From contig JBNKTL010000055.1 in NCBI GenBank assembly GCA_050298055.1, positions 1 to 32,607 of the forward strand: a stretch of DNA of 32,607 nt, written 5' to 3'. Shown in pieces: positions 9,197 through 18,008 of the stretch. The position numbers were made by a program, and so were the translations under genes. The notes under the pieces were generated by a model, which saw nothing but the letters and a program-made list of their open reading frames with translations, was not told where the DNA came from and searched no databases. Every line of letters starts with the position of its first letter. Position 1 is the stretch's first letter. The DNA is from Spirochaetota bacterium (GTDB lineage Bacteria; Spirochaetota; UBA4802; UBA5550).

Positions 9197-9272
9197 AGCC
9201 CCCCAACCCCCTGAGGGGGCGCAAGATTCTTCTAACAATTCTCTTATGCCCCCTCCGGGGGTTAGGGGGGCT
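9197..9272. repeat. CCCCCC-AA-CCCCC type REP doublet (REPIN-like) inside the oxidoreductase operon
   Basis: AGCCCCCCAACCCCCTGAGGGGGC (9197-9220) and its near-perfect inverted copy GCCCCCTCCGGGGGTTAGGGGGGCT (9248-9272); each arm has an internal hairpin. Confidence 0.75.
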
Positions 9273-9281
9273 TCTTTCCTG

Positions 9282-10337
9282 TTAAAGCTTCTGGTGTTCC
9301 CGGTAGATATATTTCGCGAATTCCGCGGGAGTGGGGATCACACCCCCCGGCCTCCCGTGGAAAAGAACATCCGCCCTGCCGCAGAGTGCCAGCTTCACGT
9401 CATCAACCATCTGGCCGGTACTCATTTCAAAGACAATAAAGTGCTTTATCCGCGCGGAAAGGTCCAGAAGGGCTTTCCCGGGAAAAGGCCAGAGTGTAAT
9501 GGGCCTGAGAAGTCCTGCTTTTATCCCGTCATTCCTGACCCTTTTGATGGCGCCTTTTGCTATTCGCGCGGTTGTTCCGTAGGCAACTATTGCTATCTCC
9601 GCATCATCCATCATGTAGGACTCATATCTTACTTCATTCTTCTCAATTTCCCTGTACTTTCTCACAAGTTTCCAGTTGTGTCTCTCCATCTCCAGGGGAT
9701 CAAGGATCAGGGAAGCAAGGTAGCGGCTTTTCCCCTTGCCTCTTCCCTTCAGGGCCCACTCTTTTTCCGGAAGCGACTTAACAGGTTCGGGGAAGAGAAC
9801 AGGCTCCTTCATCTGCCCCATCATCCCGTCACCCATAATCATAACGGGAGTTCTGTACCTGTCGGCAATATCAAAGGCATCAAATGTGAGATCGGCTATC
9901 TCCTGAACCGACGCGGGAGCCAGAACCGGTGTCCGGTAATCTCCATGGCCCCCTCCCCGTGTTGCCTGGAAGTAATCTCCCTGCGCGGGAGCAATATTAC
10001 CCAGGCCGGGCCCTCCCCTCATGACATTTATGATAACAGCAGGGAGCTCAAAACCGGCCAGGAACGATATCCCCTCCTGTTTGAGACTGATACCGGGACT
10101 GGACGAAGAGGTCATGACCCGCGCGCCGGTTGACGCGGCACCACAGACCATATTTATGGCGGCAGTCTCACTCTCAGACTGCACAAAGACACCGCCGGCA
10201 TTCCGGAGATGTTCGGCCATATACTCTCCCAGCTCGTTCTGGGGAGTAATCGGGTACCCGAAATAGCATGAGCACCCCGCCCTTATTGCGGCTTCTCCAA
10301 ATGCATGGTTTCCGCTTATGAATCTTTTATTCATCAT
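9282..10337 (-). CDS. vorB: 2-oxoacid:ferredoxin oxidoreductase alpha subunit (3-methyl-2-oxobutanoate dehydrogenase VorB type)
   Basis: GYPITPQNE, TSSSSPGISLKQEG and RGGPGLGNI...QATRGGGHGDY, typical of VorB. Confidence 0.9.
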   Translation of the reverse strand: MMNKRFISGNHAFGEAAIRAGCSCYFGYPITPQNELGEYMAEHLRNAGGVFVQSESETAAINMVCGAASTGARVMTSSSSPGISLKQEGISFLAGFELPAVIINVMRGGPGLGNIAPAQGDYFQATRGGGHGDYRTPVLAPASVQEIADLTFDAFDIADRYRTPVMIMGDGMMGQMKEPVLFPEPVKSLPEKEWALKGRGKGKSRYLASLILDPLEMERHNWKLVRKYREIEKNEVRYESYMMDDAEIAIVAYGTTARIAKGAIKRVRNDGIKAGLLRPITLWPFPGKALLDLSARIKHFIVFEMSTGQMVDDVKLALCGRADVLFHGRPGGVIPTPAEFAKYIYREHQKL

Positions 10338-10551
10338 AGACCTCTATTGCAACATCAGGGCAAACAAGAGTACAGACCATGCAACCCGTACACTTTTCAT
10401 CCTCAACAGGTTCCACATAGATATAACCCATTTTGTTGAGTTTTCCCGATGATTTTAACTTGTTACTTTTACAGAATTCGACACAGATGTTGCACCCCTT
10501 GCAGCAATCCGAACGCACGACAACTCTCTGTTTAATGGCAGTTTTGCTCAT
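10327..10551 (-). CDS. 2x[4Fe-4S] ferredoxin (delta) subunit
   Basis: CKGCNICVEFC and CTGCMVCTLVCP; overlaps the start of the alpha subunit. Confidence 0.93.
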   Translation of the reverse strand: MSKTAIKQRVVVRSDCCKGCNICVEFCKSNKLKSSGKLNKMGYIYVEPVEDEKCTGCMVCTLVCPDVAIEVYDE

Positions 10552-10604
10552 AGATTTTTCCTGTGGATAGTCTTGAGTTAATTCTTAATAATGGCCGTTA
10601 TTTT

Positions 10605-11093
10605 TCAATAATATTTTTTAAGCCGGGACGTGAGTTTCTCCAGGACTTCTTCCGGCTCAACAACGACGACCCTGGTTCCGGAGAGTACATCAAGAAAACC
10701 GACTTCGTTTTTATACCGGGGAACGATATGCTGGTGGATATGAGCGATACTTGCACCGCTGTTCTCTCCGAGATTAAAGCCCACATTAAATCCCGATGGA
10801 TTGAATTCCTCTTCAAGGGCCCGTATTGAGTCTGATGTCATCCTGTGAAACTCAATGACCTCTTCATCGCTGAGTTCATGCAGTTTGACCACATGCCGGG
10901 CGGGAAAGACCATGAGGTGTCCCGGGTTATAGGGATAAAGGTTCAGGGAGATAATAAAGTTCTTAGTCCTGCAGACCTCCAGTGTTTTTACATCGGGGTG
11001 TCTTTCACGTATTGCGCAGAGGATGCATTCAACATCGGGCTTATCGCCATTGATGTACTTTATCTTCTCCGTACTGAATAGATGATCTCTCAT
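10605..11093 (-). CDS. HIT-family hydrolase (Ap4A phosphorylase/Fhit-like)
   Basis: CILC, NLYPYNPGHLMV and the histidine triad HIHQHIVPR. Confidence 0.93.
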   Translation of the reverse strand: MRDHLFSTEKIKYINGDKPDVECILCAIRERHPDVKTLEVCRTKNFIISLNLYPYNPGHLMVFPARHVVKLHELSDEEVIEFHRMTSDSIRALEEEFNPSGFNVGFNLGENSGASIAHIHQHIVPRYKNEVGFLDVLSGTRVVVVEPEEVLEKLTSRLKKYY

Positions 11094-11111
11094 ACCTGCA
11101 GTTTTCTCAAA

Positions 11112-11978
11112 TTATTCAGCCACCCTCTTTCGCCTGTAGACCATAAAAATCGAATAAGCCAGGAAACCGGCTATTGTCAATATACAGAAGATAACGGTAA
11201 GCAGGTAGAGAAGGTCGAGCCTTTTGGTAAGGGCCACCTTGGAGCCCGAATCGGTCTTGAGATTTGTGATCTCTAGCTCAATAATTTTCTGCGATGTCCG
11301 CAGCTTGGCCTTGGAGAAAACATGGAGAAGTTCCCTGTACAGCTTCCTGGTCCTCTCAAATCTTTTCTCAAGTGCAGTAACCTCCGCCTGGTTCTTTTTC
11401 AGGAGATCGATGTTCAGTGCCACCTCGGAGAGTCCCTTCTCAATAGTATTAATCGAAGAAATAATCTCCTGTGTATGTTTGGCCCCATGACAACGGGAAC
11501 AGGTCCTTTCCTTTATAATATCCGCAGAGGCTTTCATAATGGCATGGGCCCCGTGACAGGTGGAACATCCCGGTTTTCCGCTTTTGAGAACAGATTGATA
11601 GTGGGGACCTGCCTCAAACTGGAGACTCTGGAGCGTGTGACATCCCTCCCTGCCGCAGAATTTTGCAACTTTTTCCTTTTTCGGATAGCTGATAAATTTA
11701 TACCGTGCTGCCTTTGATCTTCTCATGTCATTTATGCCGGGATTTCCCCCGTGACAACTGCTGCAGGAGATTCCCGCTTTATAATGGACACTGCTCCTCC
11801 ACCGGGGAACAGGTGTCTGAAGCTTCCCTGTGAGGTAGTTGTGGCATTCAACACAATAATCTGTTTTGGCTTCTTTTGTTAATGCGCCTCTGCTTTTTTT
11901 CTCTGCCCTGAGAGCAGAGGGAGTAAGGAGAATTGCTGATACAAGCAGAATATATATGACTTGGCTTCTTAATTTCAT
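11112..11978 (-). CDS. Exported multiheme cytochrome c (probably 5 hemes) with a helical stalk and C-terminal membrane anchor
   Basis: Signal peptide; CVECH, CSSCH, CSTCH and CSRCH plus an atypical CGREGCH (CX4CH); helical region, then a TM helix and basic tail. Confidence 0.88.
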   Translation of the reverse strand: MKLRSQVIYILLVSAILLTPSALRAEKKSRGALTKEAKTDYCVECHNYLTGKLQTPVPRWRSSVHYKAGISCSSCHGGNPGINDMRRSKAARYKFISYPKKEKVAKFCGREGCHTLQSLQFEAGPHYQSVLKSGKPGCSTCHGAHAIMKASADIIKERTCSRCHGAKHTQEIISSINTIEKGLSEVALNIDLLKKNQAEVTALEKRFERTRKLYRELLHVFSKAKLRTSQKIIELEITNLKTDSGSKVALTKRLDLLYLLTVIFCILTIAGFLAYSIFMVYRRKRVAE

Positions 11979-12033
11979 AGCAAATACCTCTTAGAACAGG
12001 GATAGCAGGAAAATGCTCCTTATGAGAGTCTGT

Positions 12034-12513
12034 TTAATATATCGGTAAATTGATCATTCGGGATATATAAACAATAATAAAGAGAACAATATTTGTATAT
12101 ATCCCCGCTATATAATCGTCAATCATAATTCCCAGTCCCCCCTTTAACTTCTGCAGCTGTTTAGCCGGGAAAGGCTTGAGAATATCCATAAACCTGAATA
12201 TAAAAAACGCAAGAATGACAATAATCCAATTGAATGGATGAAACATTACGCTGATCCAGTAACCCATGACCTCATCAAAAACAACACCGGAGGGGTCCTT
12301 TTCTCCGAAAAACCTCTCACCGGCATCTCCAACCTTTATGGCCGGATAGAGAAGAACTACAACCACAATGATATTAATATAGAGACAGAACTGACCAAAA
12401 AGATAATACTCAATAATATAGACAAGAAGAGCCACAACAGTACCGGCTGTTCCCGGTGCAATGGGAGAGTAACCGGAATAGAGTGCCGTAAAAACAATTT
12501 CCTTAAACTTCAC
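12034..12513 (-). CDS. pgpA: Phosphatidylglycerophosphatase A
   Basis: APGTAGT, KDPSGVVFDEVMG, FRFMDILKPFP and GIMIDD motifs. Confidence 0.95.
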   Translation of the reverse strand: MKFKEIVFTALYSGYSPIAPGTAGTVVALLVYIIEYYLFGQFCLYINIIVVVVLLYPAIKVGDAGERFFGEKDPSGVVFDEVMGYWISVMFHPFNWIIVILAFFIFRFMDILKPFPAKQLQKLKGGLGIMIDDYIAGIYTNIVLFIIVYISRMINLPIY

Positions 12514-13127
12514 TTTGTTTCAATTCCCTCGGTTTTTTTTTCACGATGCAGTGAAAACAGCCTCCAGTTGGTCACAAGATACCTGAGACCGGATAGTGCT
12601 GTCAAAAGCGTAATCCCAACCATGATCCAGTAGGGAATAGACTTTGGCGTGAGAAGAATCCCATGCTTTCTGATGTAGTAGATCATGACAATGATAACAA
12701 TGGATACCATCTGGAAACCTGTTTTAAACTTGCCAAACCTGCTGGTACGCAGGGATTTTCCCCTCTTGATAGCAAGATACCTCATTACGGTTATAAGGAT
12801 ATCTCTCCCCACAATAATGAGAATCATCCAGAAATCAAATACTTCAAAATCGGGATCTACAACAATAATGGCGGCAAGCGCCGAAATGACCAGCAGCTTA
12901 TCCGCGATAGGATCAATAAACTTACCGAATTCAGATTCCTTGTTAAGTTTCCGGGCACTCCAGCCGTCAAGGAAATCGGTAAAGGACGCCAGGACAAAGA
13001 CAATAAGTGCCAGCATGAGAGACTCTTCCGTTCTCTTATTGAGAAGATAGACGAACAGCGGCACCAGGACAACCCTGCTCAGGGAAAAAATATTCGGTAT
13101 ATTAAATTCAAAATCTTTCAGTTTCAA
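12510..13127 (-). CDS. pgsA: CDP-diacylglycerol--glycerol-3-phosphate 3-phosphatidyltransferase
   Basis: NIPN..S..R and the CDP-alcohol phosphotransferase motif TDFLDGWSAR...GKFIDPIADK; lies between rimO and pgpA. Confidence 0.92.
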   Translation of the reverse strand: MKLKDFEFNIPNIFSLSRVVLVPLFVYLLNKRTEESLMLALIVFVLASFTDFLDGWSARKLNKESEFGKFIDPIADKLLVISALAAIIVVDPDFEVFDFWMILIIVGRDILITVMRYLAIKRGKSLRTSRFGKFKTGFQMVSIVIIVMIYYIRKHGILLTPKSIPYWIMVGITLLTALSGLRYLVTNWRLFSLHREKKTEGIETK

Positions 13128-14410
13128 ACAACCACTCCCATAAGATCATAATCTTCCGCATCCAGAACTTTCGCCCGCACTATTGAATTATCCAGATCTT
13201 CTGTTGAGGTCAAGTAAAAAAAACCGTCCACTTCCGGGGCGTCAAACTCTGTCCTGCACAGGTAGGTCTCTTCATCGATCCTTCCCTCGATAAGCAGGTC
13301 CACCTCACTGCCGATCATCTCCCTGAGCTTTGCAGAAGAAATATCCTTCTGGATATTCATAAAGGTATCATATCGATGGGCCATCACATCTTCAGGGACC
13401 CGCTCTTTAAGATGATACGCTGCGGTACCCTCCTCCCGGGAGTAGGTAAAGCAGCCGGCCTTATCCAGCTGTGCTTTTTTAAGGAATTCAATCATGAGCT
13501 GAAAATCATCTTCGTTCTCGCCGGGATAGCCGACCATAAATGTTGATCTTACCGCAATACCGGGAACGACTTCCCTTATTCGGTTTAAGAGTTCCAGGTA
13601 AGAGTTGAAGTCCCCTCTCCTTCCCATGGACTCAAGGATCCTCCCGCTTGCATGCTGAAAGGGGATATCGATATACCTGACCACCTTTTCATTGTCCCTG
13701 ATGAGATTAATAATCGTGTTATCAATATGATCCGGATGACAGTAGAGGAGCCTGATCCACCGGACACCTTCAACTTTAGATATCATCTCCACAAGGTGTT
13801 CCAGCCGTATATCTTTACTGCTGTACCGGGCAATGTCCTGGGCAACGATGTCCATTTCCACAGAACCTCTCGCAACTGCCGCCCTCACATCCCTGAGGAT
13901 CATTTCCGGGGGAAAGGAACGGTGAGGTCCCCTGATGACCGGAATCGCGCAGTAGCTGCAGTTATTTGAACACCCGTCGGCTATCTTGACGTATGAGTAG
14001 GGGAGAAAACCGGTGAGAGGTTCTCTCTCTGAATAGCGTACACTCTCACTGCCGCCTTTAAATGTCCTGGAGAACTCCTCGATGAAGGTATCGTCCGGAA
14101 CACCGTAAAGAAAATCTATTTCCGGAATTTCATCAAGAAGTTCCTTCCGGTACCTCTGGGAAAGACAGCCGATCACAGCGATCTTTTTATCACCCCTGCC
14201 CACAGCTTCAAAAATCATCTCTATGGACTCTTCCTTTGCGGCCTCAATGAACCCGCAGGTGTTGATTATAATAATATCCGCATTTTCAGAAGAATCAACG
14301 GGATTGAAACCCGCTCTTTTGAGAGAACCGTTTACTCTTTCAGAATCTACCAGGTTTTTAGAACATCCTAAGGAGATGATATAGCAGGAATGGCTTTTTT
14401 CAGAATACAC
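13124..14410 (-). CDS. rimO: Ribosomal protein S12 methylthiotransferase RimO
   Basis: SLGCSKNLVDSE, NTCGFIEAAKEES, radical-SAM CSNNCSYC, WIRLLY and DAPEVDG. Confidence 0.96.
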   Translation of the reverse strand: MYSEKSHSCYIISLGCSKNLVDSERVNGSLKRAGFNPVDSSENADIIIINTCGFIEAAKEESIEMIFEAVGRGDKKIAVIGCLSQRYRKELLDEIPEIDFLYGVPDDTFIEEFSRTFKGGSESVRYSEREPLTGFLPYSYVKIADGCSNNCSYCAIPVIRGPHRSFPPEMILRDVRAAVARGSVEMDIVAQDIARYSSKDIRLEHLVEMISKVEGVRWIRLLYCHPDHIDNTIINLIRDNEKVVRYIDIPFQHASGRILESMGRRGDFNSYLELLNRIREVVPGIAVRSTFMVGYPGENEDDFQLMIEFLKKAQLDKAGCFTYSREEGTAAYHLKERVPEDVMAHRYDTFMNIQKDISSAKLREMIGSEVDLLIEGRIDEETYLCRTEFDAPEVDGFFYLTSTEDLDNSIVRAKVLDAEDYDLMGVVV

Positions 14411-15546
14411 TAATTCCAGTCACTTACATGGATATGGTAAAGATTTGGATTTTTCACATCCCTTTTCCATTTAATAACTTTGTTTGCAACCTGTCCCAAT
14501 TTTCCGAAGACGTATTCCTTTCCGTTTATCCGGGCTTTGATACCACCGGCGTTACCAATTTTCACCTGGATATACTCTGAAGCTTCCCACCTCTCACGGG
14601 TTCCCCCGGGAATAAATCCCCGTTTTTTAAGAGACCCGTCCAGGTAAATCTCAATAAATGATTTCTGGTTAAATGCTGCCTCGAAAACAATCTTCAGGTT
14701 TTCCCTGTTCTGGGCCACAACATCAACATTATTACTTTTATTGTCAGTTTTATCCGTCTCCACAGCCACATTCCCGGCCTCTTCCGGCTTATTGTCGATC
14801 TGTACAAAGATCTTGGCCCTGTTCTCGGTGAGTCCCTTGAGGGTAAAGAGCATTTCTCTTGGGCTCCCCTTTATCTTCAGGGGAGTAGGAACATCCATCT
14901 TAATTGTTTCCAGCTGGCTGTGGGGGAAGAACTCAATAAATACGCTGTCTCCCTTGATATCTTTGAGAACGAAAACCACTTCTTTCTTCTCAACAAGGAA
15001 CTGAACCGCTTCATTCTTATAAACAAGTACAAATCCTTTGTTATTGTGAAGCTGAAGGGGCCGGATATTCTCAATTTTTGTTCCCGCTTCTTTCTCTTTA
15101 AACTGGTCCTTTATCTTTACAACAGAATCGCCGCCTGTGACATCAACACCTGATGATATGATACCCTTGATTCCCCAGTATATTGCAACGGCAAAGACAG
15201 CAACGATAACGGCAAAAATAATATTTTTATACCTGCCCCCCAGACTGGAGAGGGCCGTTGAGAGAGGCGGCCTGGTCGATTTTGTCAGTTCTTCAATGGG
15301 TGTGACACTCTCACCTATTTTATAGCCCCTGTAAGACTGTATCATCTCATCAATATCAAGCTTGAGAAACTCAGAATACGACCTCAGAAAACCGATAAGA
15401 TATGTTTCGCTGGGAAACTTTTCAAACTCCTCGTCTTCAAGGGCAGTAAGATAGACCGGATTGATATTCGTCTGTTTCGCCACATCCCTGATTGTGAGTT
15501 TTTTTACTACCCGCGCTGATTTGAGTTTTTCACCAATACTATCCAC
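14410..15546 (-). CDS. rodZ: RodZ-like protein (HTH + TM + periplasmic DUF4115-like domain)
   Basis: IGEKLKSAR...YLTALE...YLIGFLRSYSEFL HTH, a single TM helix and C-terminal IGNAGGI; conserved lolA-rodZ-rimO synteny. Confidence 0.85.
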   Translation of the reverse strand: MDSIGEKLKSARVVKKLTIRDVAKQTNINPVYLTALEDEEFEKFPSETYLIGFLRSYSEFLKLDIDEMIQSYRGYKIGESVTPIEELTKSTRPPLSTALSSLGGRYKNIIFAVIVAVFAVAIYWGIKGIISSGVDVTGGDSVVKIKDQFKEKEAGTKIENIRPLQLHNNKGFVLVYKNEAVQFLVEKKEVVFVLKDIKGDSVFIEFFPHSQLETIKMDVPTPLKIKGSPREMLFTLKGLTENRAKIFVQIDNKPEEAGNVAVETDKTDNKSNNVDVVAQNRENLKIVFEAAFNQKSFIEIYLDGSLKKRGFIPGGTRERWEASEYIQVKIGNAGGIKARINGKEYVFGKLGQVANKVIKWKRDVKNPNLYHIHVSDWN

Positions 15547-15548
15547 GT

Positions 15549-16238
15549 TTACTCCTCAGATATCATTGGATTCTTTATTACCCTGGCCTGGGCCGGAATA
15601 CTGAACTTAAAGATTCCATTGGGAATGTCAACATTGGTTTTAATGTTTCTGAACTGGATCTCAATCTTTTTCCCGGAAGAGGTCTCCCCCTTTGCCCGGG
15701 TAATAAGATAATCCTCAGAGACCCAGAGTCTCAGGTACCTGTAACCGCTCCTGCTCTCCTTCTGTTTGAGATAAAGAGTATACATTTTTGATCCATCTTT
15801 CTGGACCTCGGGTTGACTCTTGGAATCAAACTTGTAGTGATATTTGCTGAACAGCCGGTTAAGCCCGCTTTTTGTATTGGATGAAAAGATCCCCGAATTG
15901 GATTTCAGGTCCTGTTCCGCAACAACATTTAACGAGGGAATATAGATCCACATCATTTTTCCATCTGATATGATTTTCTGTCCCGGGGGATTATAAAATC
16001 TCATTAACAGCCTGTCAGAAGATTTATACTGGACCAGGCCGTTATGCATCTTTTTTTTACCCAGCTTCTCAGATGTAATTGTAAAGGAGGCCTGGTAGCT
16101 TTCCAGTTCACCAAACTTTTTTTTCACTTTCTTCACGATATCACTGACAGTAACAAAATCAAATTTGTAGGGATAGGTGTCAGTGGTCATTACAAGGAAA
16201 AAAAGTACGATTAATATTATGCTTTTTTTGATTTTCAT
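15549..16238 (-). CDS. lolA: Outer-membrane lipoprotein carrier LolA
   Basis: Signal peptide; P.GQKIISDGKMMWIYIP.LNVVAEQ and C-terminal IFKFSIP LolA motifs. Confidence 0.88.
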   Translation of the reverse strand: MKIKKSIILIVLFFLVMTTDTYPYKFDFVTVSDIVKKVKKKFGELESYQASFTITSEKLGKKKMHNGLVQYKSSDRLLMRFYNPPGQKIISDGKMMWIYIPSLNVVAEQDLKSNSGIFSSNTKSGLNRLFSKYHYKFDSKSQPEVQKDGSKMYTLYLKQKESRSGYRYLRLWVSEDYLITRAKGETSSGKKIEIQFRNIKTNVDIPNGIFKFSIPAQARVIKNPMISEE

Positions 16239-16367
16239 CTCTCTCTGGTCTCTTTCCTGTTGGAGAATGCGGGTCTCTCACATTCATTCAAGCCGGTTTT
16301 TTCACTGGCAAAGTTATAGGGCACATGATAAAAGTCAATTCTAAAATAAATCTTTTTGTTACCACCC

Positions 16368-16406
16368 TGCGGGGCTTTTAAGGGGTTTCACCCCTTAGAC
16401 CCCGTA
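16368..16406. repeat. GC-rich extended hairpin (GGGG-TTTCA-CCCC type)
   Basis: TGCGGGG-cttt-TAAGGGG-TTTCA-CCCCTTA-ga-CCCCGTA, a nested stem in the intergenic region upstream of lolA. Confidence 0.5.
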
Positions 16407-16480
16407 AAAAGAGATCTCGTTCACCCGAAATTTAAAATGCACCCCACCCGGTAATGTTCAAAATTGTCATGTTAACGAAG

Positions 16481-16578
16481 AAAAGATTACTGATATGTCC
16501 CCGCCGCCCACCGCGGCGGGGACACATTGTTGATATTTTATGAAATATGAATATTTCAGCCAGAGAGCCGAGCAGTAA
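16481..16578. repeat. ~100-nt dispersed structured element, copy 1
   Basis: Aligns by eye end-to-end with 31771-31869 (about 20 mismatches and 1 gap in 99 nt). Core hairpin GTCCCCGCCGC-ccacc-GCGGCGGGGAC. Confidence 0.8.
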
Positions 16579-16698
16579 GGAAAATCAGAAAAAAAATAAT
16601 GATGAAGGGTGAATAAATTTAAAATTGCTGGACAAATAAATTAATTATTATATTCTTGTAAGGAGAAAAAAGGGAAATATACGAATAAGGGAGTCTGA

Positions 16699-16887
16699 AT
16701 GAAGGCAATATTTATCGGGCATAAAAAATTCAAGGAAATTGATCTCATGGACCAGTTTAATGATGAAGAGTTTTTTATATTGCTGAACGAGTTTAAAATC
16801 ATGGAATCCAATGTCATATACTTCTCAGCGGGAGACGCAAAAATAAAGGATATACTGATCTGTAAAGATCCCACATATTCAGTGTAA
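16699..16887 (+). CDS. Small hypothetical protein (62 aa)
   Basis: AAGGGAG RBS 5 nt before the ATG; protein-like composition; lies in otherwise non-coding space. Confidence 0.6.
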   Translation: MKAIFIGHKKFKEIDLMDQFNDEEFFILLNEFKIMESNVIYFSAGDAKIKDILICKDPTYSV

Positions 16888-16964
16888 TTCCCCTCTTTCC
16901 TTTGACATCCCATACCGTAACCGGCCGGAAAGAAATTATCACCGGAACCCCGAAGACCTTGAAA

Positions 16965-17192
16965 ATGACAGATAAATATGAGCTCATATACTATTTTCAC
17001 CACTGCGTCGCCACAAACGTCTATTCCGCAGGAAGAGTAGACACTACTGAAAAGGCAGAGATGTGGGTAAAGGAGAAAGAAAAATTAAGACGGAGCCCGG
17101 AGGATACAGATCCGCGATGCGACTGCAGGGCCGATTACTGCCCTCTAAAGCATTCAGCTCCCGTATACTCTTACAGAAAGATCGAGGACTAA
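16965..17192 (+). CDS. Small Cys/His-containing hypothetical protein (~75 aa)
   Basis: ORF MTDKYELIYYFHHC...RCDCRADYCP fills the gap before the convergent CBS gene. No clear RBS, so the start is uncertain (alternative TTG at 16902). Confidence 0.5.
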   Translation: MTDKYELIYYFHHCVATNVYSAGRVDTTEKAEMWVKEKEKLRRSPEDTDPRCDCRADYCPLKHSAPVYSYRKIED

Positions 17193-17254
17193 TAGTACTT
17201 CCTGAAATCCCGCAAAGAGCATGAACAGCGTTTCACCAGGAATCTCTACCCGGA

Positions 17255-17896
17255 TCAACCCACGTCTGTCACATTAAAACCTGCTGACTTCAACTCTTCG
17301 GCTATTTCATCACCCCTGTCAATTTTCAACCGCAGGAATATATGACAGTATCCCGAACCTGTATCCGAATCGCTGAGGAGCATAAGGCTTAAAAGGGGAA
17401 TTTTCTTCTCATCCAGAATCTTCATGATTGACTGCAGGTTGCCAAAGCTCTTGTCCGTATCAATATCAATCCTGACACCTGTTTCAAAAACACCGATAAG
17501 TTTTGCCATAATTTTAACAATGTCAGACTCGGTAATTATACCCACAAGATTACCGTCATCCACCACCGGGAACCCTCCGTATCCCTTTTCACGACCCATT
17601 TTCAGCGCCTCTTCAACAGGCAGAGAGGAAGAAACAGTCACAGGATCTTTTACCATAATCTCCGATACTGTCATTTTGGCCAGGATATAGTGAAGTTCAT
17701 AGATACTGAGGGTTGTGGCCTGAGAGGGGGATGCTTCAAGGAGCATTCTCTCTGTTACAAGCCCCGTCAGTTTACCGTCTTTAACCACGGGAAGTCTCCT
17801 GATCTTTTTATCACTTAAGAGCCTGCGGGCATCATGTATTGAAGTTTTTTCACTAACTGTCACAACTTCTCTGGTCATTACATCCTTAATTCGCAT
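17255..17896 (-). CDS. CBS-pair + ACT domain protein (AcuB-like)
   Basis: IRRLPVVKDGKLTGLVTE, ASPSQATTLSIYELHYIL and VGIITESD, plus a C-terminal ACT-like region. Start set at ATG 17896 after GGGGAG. Confidence 0.88.
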   Translation of the reverse strand: MRIKDVMTREVVTVSEKTSIHDARRLLSDKKIRRLPVVKDGKLTGLVTERMLLEASPSQATTLSIYELHYILAKMTVSEIMVKDPVTVSSSLPVEEALKMGREKGYGGFPVVDDGNLVGIITESDIVKIMAKLIGVFETGVRIDIDTDKSFGNLQSIMKILDEKKIPLLSLMLLSDSDTGSGYCHIFLRLKIDRGDEIAEELKSAGFNVTDVG

Positions 17897-17922
17897 TTTC
17901 TTTTCTCCCCGGTATTGTATTA

Positions 17923-18008
17923 GTTTCAGGTTTCGAGTTCCAGGTTCCAAGTTGAAAAGAAGAAGAAGTTTGCACTTCCTCGTAACTTGGAACTCGGAAC
18001 TTGTAACT
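17923..18008. repeat. Inverted pair of heptamer tandem arrays (consensus GTTCCRR / AACTYGG)
   Basis: GTTTCAG GTTTCGA GTTCCAG GTTCCAA GTT (17923-17953) facing AACTTGG AACTCGG AACTTGT AACT (17984-18008). Confidence 0.75.

Noticed and set aside
9246..10133. 295-aa plus-strand ORF
   Set aside because: Antisense to the conserved VorB gene and starts inside a repeat; a shadow ORF.
17897..17950. N-terminal extension of the CBS protein (MEPGTRNLKL...)
   Set aside because: Derived from the heptamer repeat; the RBS supports ATG 17896.
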